A DNA stretch of 64,000 bases from Armatimonadota bacterium (GTDB lineage Bacteria; Armatimonadota; HRBIN16). The position numbers and the translations under genes were made by a program. Positions within the stretch are counted from its first letter, which is position 1; every line of letters starts with the position of its first letter. The DNA is taken from assembly GCA_963677485.1 (NCBI GenBank), contig OY781964.1, positions 4,544,001 to 4,608,000 on the forward strand, written 5' to 3'. Positions 27,328 through 37,122 of this stretch are shown piece by piece. The notes under the pieces were generated by a model, which was not told where the DNA came from, ran no database searches, and saw only the letters and a list, made by a program, of their open reading frames with translations.

Positions 27328-28695
27328 GTGATTTTGTATTCGCTTGTGTTGCTTGTGGCCGCCGTTCCAGTCGTGATCAAGCCGCACCTACCACAACCAC
27401 CTAAAGTCCAAGCACCGAAGACAGTTGTATCTGACCAAATTACATTTGGCGAAACTCGCGCGGTTTATGGGCGGTATGGCTTGCGCTCCTCTCTTGATGG
27501 GACGACTCTATTACACTCCGAAACACGCGCAACTCTTAACAACAGCGTAGAATTCGTCAGGGGCCGTAGTTTACCTCGCTTTGACAATGTCTGGGATAAT
27601 GGTGCCGTCGACCTGGTGGAGCGTGATTTTACTGGTTTGCGATGGAATGCTGCCCCCAGCAAGGCGAACAGTTATAGCGTTAACGCATACACGGCGTGCG
27701 ACGATTATAAAGAAGGCAAGTATCTCAAATCGAACGAATACCAGTACGCCTCCCTCACCACGAATAACCGACTTAGCAATACCCTCAGCTTGTCCACCGA
27801 TCACGCTTACACAAGCTACCGCATGAGCAAAAACACCACCAAAGCAAAGAGCAACGGTGTGGCTATGCGGTATCTGCTCACCCAGGCAACCAAGACAGGC
27901 GGCTGGAGCCTCGAATACGAGCGTGTGGATCCCAGCTTTTCATCCAAACTGGGTAACACCATCTCGGATAGGGAACGATACCGTGCCTCTCGCGAACTGA
28001 CTAGTGTGAACTCGACATGGGCACTAAGCGGAGTGTATTACCATAATAACGTCGGGAACGGTAAATCCAACACCATACATGACTACACAGTAGAGCTCCG
28101 AAAAGATCAAAAGTCGCTGTTCAAACGTCCTAATTCGGTTGGCAGTATCACGCTGCGTCATCATACATACAACGGTCCGGCAAGCCTGGATGAAACATCC
28201 ATTTCGACTGTATGGAAAGATAAGCTGGGCGATACGACTATTCAAGCCGTCGTATCAGGTCTCCTGTATGCGCCTGGACAAGAGACTCAGAAGCTGACGA
28301 CCACAACGAGTATCACCGCTTCATCTGTACTGCTGAAAAAGGGATGGAGATGGCGTCCCGCAGTCACCTTTGGCAACCGCCAGAACCGAAATGATCTATA
28401 TGAATCCAATGACGTGATCTCGAATTACGCTGTGAGCATTGGGGCCGATCATATCAAATCCGGCTGGACCGCTGATGTGGCCGTGGGTTACCGAACTCGC
28501 GATCGAGCGGCGTATGATCAGAACGACCAACATCAATATGCGAACATCGCGGTCAGCTATAAACCGACATGGATGCTTTTTGGTGGTAAAGCGGCGTTTA
28601 GTGTCAAGTGGTTGACGAACAACTATGAGTTACCAAGCCTAAAAATGCAGACGGATCAAGAGCTGTGGATCAGCAGCCTGACGTTAAAGTTCTAG
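27328..28695 (+). CDS. Hypothetical exported protein, probable outer-membrane beta-barrel
   Basis: Hydrophobic N-terminus from GTG 27328 (GGAG SD; an alternative ATG at 27286 overlaps the ATPase stop). Pro-rich linker, many amphipathic strands rich in Y/W/S/T, C-terminal LTLKF. Confidence 0.55.
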   Translation: MILYSLVLLVAAVPVVIKPHLPQPPKVQAPKTVVSDQITFGETRAVYGRYGLRSSLDGTTLLHSETRATLNNSVEFVRGRSLPRFDNVWDNGAVDLVERDFTGLRWNAAPSKANSYSVNAYTACDDYKEGKYLKSNEYQYASLTTNNRLSNTLSLSTDHAYTSYRMSKNTTKAKSNGVAMRYLLTQATKTGGWSLEYERVDPSFSSKLGNTISDRERYRASRELTSVNSTWALSGVYYHNNVGNGKSNTIHDYTVELRKDQKSLFKRPNSVGSITLRHHTYNGPASLDETSISTVWKDKLGDTTIQAVVSGLLYAPGQETQKLTTTTSITASSVLLKKGWRWRPAVTFGNRQNRNDLYESNDVISNYAVSIGADHIKSGWTADVAVGYRTRDRAAYDQNDQHQYANIAVSYKPTWMLFGGKAAFSVKWLTNNYELPSLKMQTDQELWISSLTLKF

Positions 28696-29828
28696 CTGCC
28701 GCTCGAATATGTCTCGGCAATCACTCCGCCACCCAGGCAATCGTCACCTCGGTAGATGACCATGCCCTGCCCAGGTACCACCAGAGCTACGGGTTGGCCA
28801 AACTGGACCATATCACCTGCCACACTCACTTCAAACATGCGGCCGTGATAGCGTGCGCATGCCATCAGCTGCTCCGAACCATCAGGGGGTGATCCGCCGA
28901 TCCAGTTGATATCTGTCAACCGGCACGATGTGACCGGTGAAGGTCCGTCAGGACCTAAAACCAGCGTGTTGGAATCGAGATACTTGCCGACCACAAAAAG
29001 TGCTTCGCCACTGGCCACACCCAGTCCACGCCTCTGGCCAATTGTGTAGTTCCATAACCCTTCGTGTTTACCCAGAACCGTGCCATCTACATGCTTGATG
29101 GGGCCTGAACTGGTCTGGTTGCCTGTCTGGCGTTGGAGGAACCTTCGGTAGTCACCGTCGCTGATGAAACACAGCTCTTGCGAATCGGGTTTACGGCTGA
29201 TCGGAACTCCATGTTCCGATGCCCAGTGACGGACATCCGCTTTCTTCCAGGTGCCTAGAGGGAACAGTATCGACTTGAGCTGAGCCTGGTTCAATCCATA
29301 CAGCATGTAGCTTTGGTCTTTACTTGTATCAACCGCACGCAGCATATGGATGCAATAATCGTGCATTTCGAGACGAACATAGTGCCCTGAGGCCAGGAAG
29401 TCGGCCTGAAGCGCCTCTTTGACTTGAAGCAGCTTAGGGAAGCGCACCAGAGCATTACACCGCAGGCATGGGCTGGGCGTGGTTGAGTTTAGGTAACTTG
29501 CCACGAAAGGCTGAACAACCTTCTCCAAGAACGGCTCTTCGCTGTTGATCAAATAGAAGGGCACATTCAAAGCATGGCATAGCGAGCGGGCGTCATCCAC
29601 CGCGGATTCCGTGCAGCATCGGTTATCTGCTGGACTGTCACTGTCCAAAGCGGCTTCACTCCAGAACTTCAACATAACGCCGATGACCGCGTATCCCTGC
29701 TGCTTTAGCAGACAGGCGGCCACTGCGCTGTCGATCCCGCCGGACAACGCCACAACCACACTCTGGCCATTTGGCGGCTCGCAATCTAGCTTAAACTGGC
29801 TCCAGTCGGTTAGCGTGCAGCACTCCAT
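28692..29828 (-). CDS. mnmA: tRNA 2-thiouridine(34) synthase
   Basis: SGGIDS PP-loop, PCLRCN, SGHY, KDQSY, DSQELCF, YTIGQRRGLG and PGQ motifs. ATG 29828 overlaps the upstream TAA. Confidence 0.92.
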   Translation of the reverse strand: MECCTLTDWSQFKLDCEPPNGQSVVVALSGGIDSAVAACLLKQQGYAVIGVMLKFWSEAALDSDSPADNRCCTESAVDDARSLCHALNVPFYLINSEEPFLEKVVQPFVASYLNSTTPSPCLRCNALVRFPKLLQVKEALQADFLASGHYVRLEMHDYCIHMLRAVDTSKDQSYMLYGLNQAQLKSILFPLGTWKKADVRHWASEHGVPISRKPDSQELCFISDGDYRRFLQRQTGNQTSSGPIKHVDGTVLGKHEGLWNYTIGQRRGLGVASGEALFVVGKYLDSNTLVLGPDGPSPVTSCRLTDINWIGGSPPDGSEQLMACARYHGRMFEVSVAGDMVQFGQPVALVVPGQGMVIYRGDDCLGGGVIAETYSSGS

Positions 29829-30955
29829 TAGCGAAGTGCAGCCAGTCGACGTAGAGTCGACGAAATGACAGGCAGTGCCAACTCGAACTGCTGGTCTGTG
29901 AGGTATTCCCCAAAACTGAAACGCAGCGCGCCGGATGCTTGCGATGCCGATAAGCCCATAGCAAGATGCACCGCCGACGGGTTGCCCTGTCCGCTGGAGC
30001 AGGCACTGCCGCTTCCGGCGCATATTCCGACACCATCGAGTGCAGCCAGAGCGATATCCGCCTGTACGCCGTTCACTACACAGGAGACGTGGCCTGGCAA
30101 GCGCTGGTTAAGGTCGCCGGTCAACTTCACTTCAGATATTTCAGACAAGAGTTTGCTAAGAGTATGTCGCATTGAGATGAGCCGATCATTCTTGGCTGTT
30201 CGGTCGTGCAAGGCGTCGGCCAGAGCGGCCGTCATCCCTGCGATGCCCGGCACGTTCACGGTGCCAGAGCGGCGGCCAGCCTCCTGTCCACCTCCTGTCG
30301 ATGGGGAGCGAAAGGGGGTGCCTCTTCGAATATAGAGAAACCCCACACCGATAGGGCCACCGAATTTATGGGCTGATGCTGCCATGATGTCAATTCCGCT
30401 CGTGTTGACATCCATAGGAAGATGGCCCATGGTTTGCACAGCATCCACAAACAACCGCATGTTGTTCTGTCGGGCTATATCGCGTGCATATGCCAGATCG
30501 CTTATTGTTCCCACTTCGTTATTGGCTTCCATGACACAAAGCAGCCCACCAGATGGCATGGTACTGGGTACCAACACCGGTGCGGCGGTCGATGTGACAG
30601 CTAAGGGATGATAGGTCCAGAAATCCCCAGCTTTGGCGGTCTTGTTGACAGCGGGGTGCTCAGCGATGGAAGCGGCTACATGCTGGCTCTCAGCCTCCAT
30701 GGCCGCGACTGCGCCATGTATGGCCAGTTGGCAGCTTTCGGTGCCTCCTGAGGTGAATACTATTTCGTCTGGGTAGCAGCCTATCAGTTCCGAGGTGATG
30801 CGACGGTACTGTTCAAGCGCATTCTTAGCAGTCTGCCCATAGGCATGCAGACTGCTGCTGTTGCCGGTGATCCCCTGAAACCATGGGCGCATGGCCTGAT
30901 ACGCACAAGCACGCATCGGGTAGGTTGCAGAGGCATCGAAGTAGTACCTCTCCAT
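29828..30955 (-). CDS. iscS: Cysteine desulfurase (IscS/NifS, class V PLP enzyme)
   Basis: YFDASAT, FTSGGTE, ANNEVG, DAVQ, SAHKFGGP, RSGTVN and SGSACSS motifs. Confidence 0.9.
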   Translation of the reverse strand: MERYYFDASATYPMRACAYQAMRPWFQGITGNSSSLHAYGQTAKNALEQYRRITSELIGCYPDEIVFTSGGTESCQLAIHGAVAAMEAESQHVAASIAEHPAVNKTAKAGDFWTYHPLAVTSTAAPVLVPSTMPSGGLLCVMEANNEVGTISDLAYARDIARQNNMRLFVDAVQTMGHLPMDVNTSGIDIMAASAHKFGGPIGVGFLYIRRGTPFRSPSTGGGQEAGRRSGTVNVPGIAGMTAALADALHDRTAKNDRLISMRHTLSKLLSEISEVKLTGDLNQRLPGHVSCVVNGVQADIALAALDGVGICAGSGSACSSGQGNPSAVHLAMGLSASQASGALRFSFGEYLTDQQFELALPVISSTLRRLAALR

Positions 30956-30958
30956 ACG

Positions 30959-31981
30959 CTATCCGATGTTGATCATGCGTTCAACTGCAGTATATGCGCG
31001 AAGCCGAATCTCTTCTGGCACCACAATATCAACCTGTTCGGTTTGCAGGCATTTGAGGGTATCTTCCAGCGTAATCATGTTCATATGAGGGCAACGGATG
31101 GAGCAGTAGCGCACCATCTCCTTGTCGGGGTTCTCAGCAGCGATGTTATCGCCCATGCTGCATTCGGTCAGCAAAAGGTACCGTGGAGCTTTCGTCTTGC
31201 GAACATATTCCACCATCTCATTCGTGCTTCCACTAAAGTCGCTGGCATCGCACACATCGGCGGGGCACTCTGGGTGAGCCAAAACAACTACACCTTCGAA
31301 CTGCTTTCGCGCATTGATGATGTCTTCTACCGTAAATTTCTCGTGGACCTCGCAAGCTCCATTCCAGCCTATAATGTCGCCTTTACCGATAAACTCGAAC
31401 TTCCCCCCACCGTGGGGCAAGATGATGCTTTTACCGGTCTGTTTGGCCACGTTAGTAGCCAGGTATTTGTCAGGTAAGAAGATGATGGTGTCAGTGTTTA
31501 ACGACCTGACCACCGCAGCGGCGTTGCCGGATGTGCAGCAGACATCGGATTCGGCTTTCACGTCAGCATATGTGTTCACGTAGGTGACGACGGGTACTCC
31601 CGGGAACAGCACACGAAGATTACGCACGTCTTCAGCGGTGATGCTTTCAGCAAGAGAGCATCCAGCTTTTTCTGCCGGAAGCAAGACCTTCTTGGTGGGG
31701 TTGAGTATCTTGGCGGTTTCCGCCATAAACTTCACGCCGCAGAAAACAATGATGTCTGCTTCTACTTTTGCGGCATCGCGCGATAGACCAAGTGAGTCAC
31801 CGGTGTAGTCGGGAATCGAATAGTATAACGCGGGTTCCATATAGTTATGTGCCAGGATCACTGCGTTTTTTTCGGCCTTAACCCGCATGATCTCTTCCGC
31901 AATTTCAGACTTATATACTAACTCCGCATCCGGTACGATCCCGGTTAATTTGCTGCGAAGGCGTTCAAGCATAGTGGCCAT
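30959..31981 (-). CDS. nadA: Quinolinate synthase
   Basis: ILAHNY, GDSLGL, FCGVKFMAETAK, GCSLA, YVNT, AHPEC and CPHM motifs. ATG 31981 follows AGGAG. Confidence 0.95.
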   Translation of the reverse strand: MATMLERLRSKLTGIVPDAELVYKSEIAEEIMRVKAEKNAVILAHNYMEPALYYSIPDYTGDSLGLSRDAAKVEADIIVFCGVKFMAETAKILNPTKKVLLPAEKAGCSLAESITAEDVRNLRVLFPGVPVVTYVNTYADVKAESDVCCTSGNAAAVVRSLNTDTIIFLPDKYLATNVAKQTGKSIILPHGGGKFEFIGKGDIIGWNGACEVHEKFTVEDIINARKQFEGVVVLAHPECPADVCDASDFSGSTNEMVEYVRKTKAPRYLLLTECSMGDNIAAENPDKEMVRYCSIRCPHMNMITLEDTLKCLQTEQVDIVVPEEIRLRAYTAVERMINIG

Positions 31982-32079
31982 TGGGCACTCCTGTAGGTGT
32001 TCATCTATCTTCATTGTACTGCAATTGGGCAGATACCTTAGAAATAGCCCATGGTTTTGTACTGCGATCACTGAGTAAA

Positions 32080-32108
32080 TTGACACTGAAGGGCAGTGTA
32101 GATAGACT
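32080..32108 (+). promoter_or_regulatory. Sigma70-type promoter for the sulfatase, with an overlapping inverted repeat
   Basis: TTGACA (32080-32085), 17-nt spacer, TAGACT (32103-32108). Palindrome ACACTG-N5-CAGTGT at 32083-32099. Confidence 0.5.
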
Positions 32109-32161
32109 TTATACATACGCGAAGGAACCTGTGAATATACAATCCTGGGGGTTGACGACCG

Positions 32162-33502
32162 ATGCGGATGAATCGACGAGAGTTTTTAGCTAAGACCGGT
32201 TTGACGACTCTAGCTGTTTTAGCGGGTTCACAACATGCACAAGCTGCTCGTGAATCCACAAATGTCGTGTTTATCCTATGTGATGATTTAGCATATGGTG
32301 ATTTGGGCTGTTATGGACAGAAGCTCATCCGTTCACCGAACATTGATCAGCTTGCGTCAGACGGGCTACGGTTTACCCATGGATACGCCTCTGCATCCTG
32401 GTGCGCGCCATCACGCTGCAGCTTACTGACCGGTCTTCATCAGGGCCATGCCCGGGTACGCAATTCTGGCGGCAACCTCACTGCCCCAGACCTTTGTTTT
32501 CCAACCCAGCTGAAGAGCGCCGGGTACACCACAGCCCACATCGGAAAATGGGGTTTAGGGGTGCCTAATGCGGAACAGGGGAATTTGCCCGCTGATAAGG
32601 GTTGTGATTATTTCATCGGGTTCACTGATCATATCCACGCCCATGATAACTTCCCGGATTTTGTGTGGCAGCAGCAGGGGAGCAGCCCAGCTCAACCTGT
32701 GTCCTTGCCCAAAGGAACATATGTGAACCGGTTGTTTGCCGATGAAGCATTCAAGTGGATTTCGGCGCAAGTTTCGGACAACAAGCCGTTCTTCCTAAAC
32801 CTGAACTTTACCATTCCCCATGCTCATGCGGAGCTTAAGGATATCGGATGTCAGGCGCCTGGGCAAGGTCAGTATGCATCACTGAATCTGCCAGAAACTG
32901 AGAAGAATTACGCAGCATCCATCACAGAACTGGATAAATACATCGGTGAACTGCGCACGCTTCTAATCAAACTTAACATCGAACGCAATACATTAATCAT
33001 CTTTACCAGCGATAATGGAGCCCATCAGGCCGGAGGGCATAAATATACCACCTTCCGCAGCACCGGTGATCTCACGGGTATGAAGTTTCAGATACGCGAC
33101 GGTGGTATCCGAGTGCCTTTAATCGCATGTTGGCCGGGAGTCATCAAGGCAGGCCGTGTCAGCACAGAGTTGGTGGCTAACTACGATGTCGCCGCGACCA
33201 TACTGGATGTCACCGGTTCTCCAGCTATGCCGGTGACTGATGGTGTCAGCTTGAAAGATGAGTTGTTGGGAACCCGCAGCCGAAGCCGAGAATATCTCTA
33301 TTTCGAACAAGATACGGGTGTTTTACAGCAGGCTGTGAAGTTGGGGCGATGGAAAGGCTACAGGGAAGGCGTCACCGGAACAATGGAGCTGTATGATATG
33401 TGGGCCAGTCCAAAAGAAGAGCCCTCGTTTAATATGGCTGACGGTAATTCCTCTGTGGTTCAACAGATTCAGGCCATCATGCAGCAAGAGCATAAATCAT
33501 GA
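32162..33502 (+). CDS. Tat-exported Cys-type arylsulfatase (S1 family)
   Basis: Twin-arginine NRREFL; NVVFILCDDLAYGDLG, CAPSRCSLLTG (CxPxR), GKWGLG and FTSDNG motifs. The start may be ATG 32168. Confidence 0.92.
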   Translation: MRMNRREFLAKTGLTTLAVLAGSQHAQAARESTNVVFILCDDLAYGDLGCYGQKLIRSPNIDQLASDGLRFTHGYASASWCAPSRCSLLTGLHQGHARVRNSGGNLTAPDLCFPTQLKSAGYTTAHIGKWGLGVPNAEQGNLPADKGCDYFIGFTDHIHAHDNFPDFVWQQQGSSPAQPVSLPKGTYVNRLFADEAFKWISAQVSDNKPFFLNLNFTIPHAHAELKDIGCQAPGQGQYASLNLPETEKNYAASITELDKYIGELRTLLIKLNIERNTLIIFTSDNGAHQAGGHKYTTFRSTGDLTGMKFQIRDGGIRVPLIACWPGVIKAGRVSTELVANYDVAATILDVTGSPAMPVTDGVSLKDELLGTRSRSREYLYFEQDTGVLQQAVKLGRWKGYREGVTGTMELYDMWASPKEEPSFNMADGNSSVVQQIQAIMQQEHKS

Positions 33503-34725
33503 TACCTCGCTTCACGCTAACGGTGGGGTTATGCGTTGCAGTCTTATGTGTTGGCCGATTCGGCGATAGATGTCTGGCGGCAGATGCTGTGTTCTCGAAT
33601 GTGAAGGCCGTCTACATCCCAAAACAAGCCAGGTTGGTGGTCGGATTCCAACTGACAGCTCCGTCACGCAGAACCATCAGGCTCCGTATATCCCGTGATG
33701 GTGGTAAGCGGTTCTTGCTGGCACCGGAGGTGTTCGGCGCGACAGCAACGACCACAGTGCTGCCGAACAGCAAACGCACGGAACTGAGCTGGAATGGCTT
33801 GAATTCTTATATAGGAAATAGCCCTTCTAAGCTTGTCATCGAGTTGACTGCATCGGAGGACAGATATCCTGGCTCTTTAGTGTATCTACCCAAAGGCGAG
33901 TTCATGATGGGTAACGCTGGTGTTGGTGATGACGCTGCCTGGAACTTCGCCAATGAAAAACCCGCCCATCGCGTCATGGTACCCGATCTGTATATCGCCA
34001 GGTTTGAGGTGCCCAGAGGCGCATACCGGGAGTTTATTCAGATGGGTGGCTATCAGCAGCAGGCCAACTGGAGTGAAGAGGGTTGGAAATGGCTGCAGAC
34101 AACCCGCCGAACCCAACCAGACCGCTGGAGCGAAGATCAGAACTTTGGCCGTGGTCGATTTACGCAGACCGATAGTCATCCGGTCATCGGTATTAGCTTC
34201 TACGAAGCCGAGGCATATAGCAAGTGGGCAGGGGTGCGGCTGCCGACGGAACCGGAGTGGGAAAAGGCGGCCAGATGGAATGGCAGCACGACCATGGTAT
34301 ATCCCTGGGGTAACACATGGAAGCCGATTGTGGATGATCCTAATAACCCTGAACGTAACTACTGCAACTGGCTTTACCAGACCGCCTCAACCGACTTCAA
34401 TACATTTGAGACTACACGGGCTGGCTGGTTTCCTAAGGATACATCGTACTATGGCTGCGTCGATATGTGCGGCAACGCCCTGGAGTGGGTATCCGATAGT
34501 TACCACGCGTATCCTGGTGGACAGGTGAGCGCGCCAGCTGGCGATAGGGTTCTGAAAGGCGGAAGCATCTACACCCAGCAGCCTGCGAGTGTCCGGTGCG
34601 CCGTCCGTGGGTTCATGAAGCCATCCGGTAACAGCTGGTATTTTTATACAGGATTTCGTGTGGCCGTCGATGCTGCCAAGGTAACACGAATCACGGCACC
34701 TGTGCTGGTGTCGGATACCAGGTAA
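33499..34725 (+). CDS. Secreted FGE-sulfatase (SUMF1-fold) domain protein
   Basis: FMMG, HPVIGISFYEA, RLPTEPEWEKAAR, YPWG, DMCGNALEW, KGGS and GFRV motifs. Signal peptide. ATGA overlap with the sulfatase. Confidence 0.88.
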   Translation: MIPRFTLTVGLCVAVLCVGRFGDRCLAADAVFSNVKAVYIPKQARLVVGFQLTAPSRRTIRLRISRDGGKRFLLAPEVFGATATTTVLPNSKRTELSWNGLNSYIGNSPSKLVIELTASEDRYPGSLVYLPKGEFMMGNAGVGDDAAWNFANEKPAHRVMVPDLYIARFEVPRGAYREFIQMGGYQQQANWSEEGWKWLQTTRRTQPDRWSEDQNFGRGRFTQTDSHPVIGISFYEAEAYSKWAGVRLPTEPEWEKAARWNGSTTMVYPWGNTWKPIVDDPNNPERNYCNWLYQTASTDFNTFETTRAGWFPKDTSYYGCVDMCGNALEWVSDSYHAYPGGQVSAPAGDRVLKGGSIYTQQPASVRCAVRGFMKPSGNSWYFYTGFRVAVDAAKVTRITAPVLVSDTR

Positions 34726-34960
34726 TCGCTTGGCGGCTCATCGAGGTAACAAGGAATCCTGACCACTACCTGCTCTACTGACTCTTTGGCTTATCGACGG
34801 TTACGAACACATCTGGCCTACCTTGTGAAACGACAGCCTTGGACTCATCTATGGTTGACTCAATCTGGACGATCTTGTAACGGTATACCGGCATTAGTGG
34901 TTCCTATACTGGTAAAATGAATCTAGCTAACCACCCAAAAAAGAAGGACTTCAACTCAGA

Positions 34961-36196
34961 ATGCGAGCATTCGATAATATAGATACCGCACTTCAGGCGA
35001 TCAAACAGGGGCGATTTATTGTCGTCGTAGACGATGTCGATCGCGAAAACGAAGGCGACCTGCTGATGGCTGCCGAAAAGGTCACACCAGATTCGATCAA
35101 TTTCATGGCCATGCACGCACGCGGACTGGTCTGTCTGGCGGCGACCGCGAAACGACTGGATGAACTTCAGATCGGACCGATCGCACGCAACAATACCACA
35201 CGCCATGGCACGGCATTTATGGAGCCAATTGATGTTCATGCCGGCACCTCAACCGGTATTTCGGCATTTGATCGGGCCAAGACGGTCAACTGGTTCATTG
35301 ATCCTGCCGCGAAAGCTAACGACTTCGAACGCCCGGGGCACATCTTTCCACTGAAGGCGGTTGAGGGCGGTGTGCTGAAGCGAGCCGGTCATACCGAAGC
35401 GACAGTAGATTTTTGCCGTCTCGCCGGGCTGAAACCGGCTGGCGTGATCTGCGAGATCATGAGTGCTAACGGCTCGATGGCGCGCGTGCCCGAATTGCTT
35501 GAATTTGCCGAAACCCATGATTTGCCGATCGTCACAGTGGCTGATTTAATTCGCTACCGGCGCCAGAATGAGCGGCTGATCAATAAGGTCGCGAAGGTTA
35601 AGCTGCAAACATGCTATGGTGACTTTGAGGTTCATGCGTTTGAGAGCAGTGTGGACAGCAATCCGTATATCGCACTAGTCATGGGCGATGTGACAACGGA
35701 AGAACCAGTGCTAGTGAGGGTGCATAGCAGTTGTTTGACCGGTGATGTACTAAGCTCGTTAAGGTGCGACTGTGGTAACCAACTCCATAACGCCCTGAGT
35801 ACCATTTCAAAAGAGGGACGCGGTGTGCTTCTCTATATTCAGCAAGAAGGGCGCGGTATCGGCCTATTGAATAAGCTGAAAGCCTACGAGCTGCAGCAAA
35901 ACGAGGGCTTGGACACCGTCGATGCTAATATCGAACTTGGTTTTCGTCCCGATGAGCGCGATTATGGCATCGGAGCGCAGGTGCTGGTTGACCTAGGAAT
36001 ACGCCATATCCGCTTGTTGAGCAATAATCCGACCAAGCGTGTAGGCTTGCAGGCGTATGGCCTTGAGATCGCTGAGGTGGTGCCTCTGCTGGTGGCTCCG
36101 AACGAGTACAACGAGTTTTATCTGCACACCAAACAGCAGAAAATGGGTCATGACATGCCGGATATGATGTTCCAAACAAACGAAGAGGAAGAATAA
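34961..36196 (+). CDS. ribBA: Bifunctional DHBP synthase / GTP cyclohydrolase II
   Basis: [41 protein letters not shown] and QEGRGIGL motifs. Confidence 0.97.
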   Translation: MRAFDNIDTALQAIKQGRFIVVVDDVDRENEGDLLMAAEKVTPDSINFMAMHARGLVCLAATAKRLDELQIGPIARNNTTRHGTAFMEPIDVHAGTSTGISAFDRAKTVNWFIDPAAKANDFERPGHIFPLKAVEGGVLKRAGHTEATVDFCRLAGLKPAGVICEIMSANGSMARVPELLEFAETHDLPIVTVADLIRYRRQNERLINKVAKVKLQTCYGDFEVHAFESSVDSNPYIALVMGDVTTEEPVLVRVHSSCLTGDVLSSLRCDCGNQLHNALSTISKEGRGVLLYIQQEGRGIGLLNKLKAYELQQNEGLDTVDANIELGFRPDERDYGIGAQVLVDLGIRHIRLLSNNPTKRVGLQAYGLEIAEVVPLLVAPNEYNEFYLHTKQQKMGHDMPDMMFQTNEEEE

Positions 36197-36197
36197 T

Positions 36198-36665
36198 ATG
36201 CCTAAGGTATTAGAAGGACAACTCACAGCTCAGGGTTTGAAGGTCGGTATCGTGATAAGCCGCTTTAACGAGTTCATCACAAGCAGGCTGCTTGGGGGAG
36301 CTATCGATTGCTTAAGCCGGCATGGCGCTGATGTTGAAAATGATGTGACGGTTGCGTGGGTACCAGGTGCCTGGGAGATACCTCTCATCGCCAAAAAAAT
36401 GGCTAAAAGTGGCGAGTTCGATGCGGTCATCTGTCTGGGGTGCCTTATACGTGGTACCACCGCGCACTTCGATTATATCGCAGCAGAAGCCAGCAAGGGT
36501 ATAGGCCACGCGGCGTTGGAGAGCGAAGTTCCAGTTGTGTTCGGGGTGCTGACGACCGAAAACATCGAACAGGCCATCGAGCGCGCTGGCACCAAAGCGG
36601 GCAACAAGGGTTCAGACGCTGCCATGACAGCCATGGAAATGGCTAACCTGTTAAAACTTCTATAA
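36198..36665 (+). CDS. ribH: 6,7-dimethyl-8-ribityllumazine synthase
   Basis: [26 protein letters not shown] and FGVLT motifs. Confidence 0.97.
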   Translation: MPKVLEGQLTAQGLKVGIVISRFNEFITSRLLGGAIDCLSRHGADVENDVTVAWVPGAWEIPLIAKKMAKSGEFDAVICLGCLIRGTTAHFDYIAAEASKGIGHAALESEVPVVFGVLTTENIEQAIERAGTKAGNKGSDAAMTAMEMANLLKLL

Positions 36666-36687
36666 ATACTGACTATTAGGTGCCCAC

Positions 36688-37122
36688 ATGGAAAATGATA
36701 AGAAGACTCTGGAAGCCGTAGAGACACTTTTAAAACTCGCTGACAGATACCAGTTGAAGCAACTGGATTGGAGCGATGGCGAGTTGGCTGTCGAGATCGA
36801 ACGTCCTGATGGCGATCTAGTGGTAGCACCGATATCTGTGGCGGGGCTGGATGCGATGAGCGAAGACAGTCTCATCACGGTCGAATCGCCGATCGCGGGA
36901 CTGTTCTACAGGGCTGGGTCGCCTGAAGACCGCCCATATGTGGACATCGGTGATGAAGTGAGTGTCGGACAGATTGTGGCTCTTATCGAGGCGATGAAAG
37001 TGTTCAACGAAATCGCATCTGAAGTGAGCGGCGAAGTGGTCACTGTCTGTGTAGAGAACGGTCAGATGGTTCGTTCAGGCGATCCGTTGTACAAGTTGAA
37101 ACCGGTGGAGGGAAAATCGTGA
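36688..37122 (+). CDS. accB: Biotin carboxyl carrier protein
   Basis: SPIAGLFY and the biotinyl-lysine motif IEAMKVFNEI. Confidence 0.85.
   Translation: MENDKKTLEAVETLLKLADRYQLKQLDWSDGELAVEIERPDGDLVVAPISVAGLDAMSEDSLITVESPIAGLFYRAGSPEDRPYVDIGDEVSVGQIVALIEAMKVFNEIASEVSGEVVTVCVENGQMVRSGDPLYKLKPVEGKS

Noticed and set aside
29829-30023. 65-aa N-terminal extension of MnmA overlapping iscS
   Set aside because: ATG 29828 forms a standard TAATG coupling, and the extension has no MnmA-like content.
34726-34960. FMN riboswitch upstream of ribBA
   Set aside because: None of the conserved RFN blocks (AGGGCGGGGTGAAATTCCC, AGTCCGGATGGGAG) is visible.
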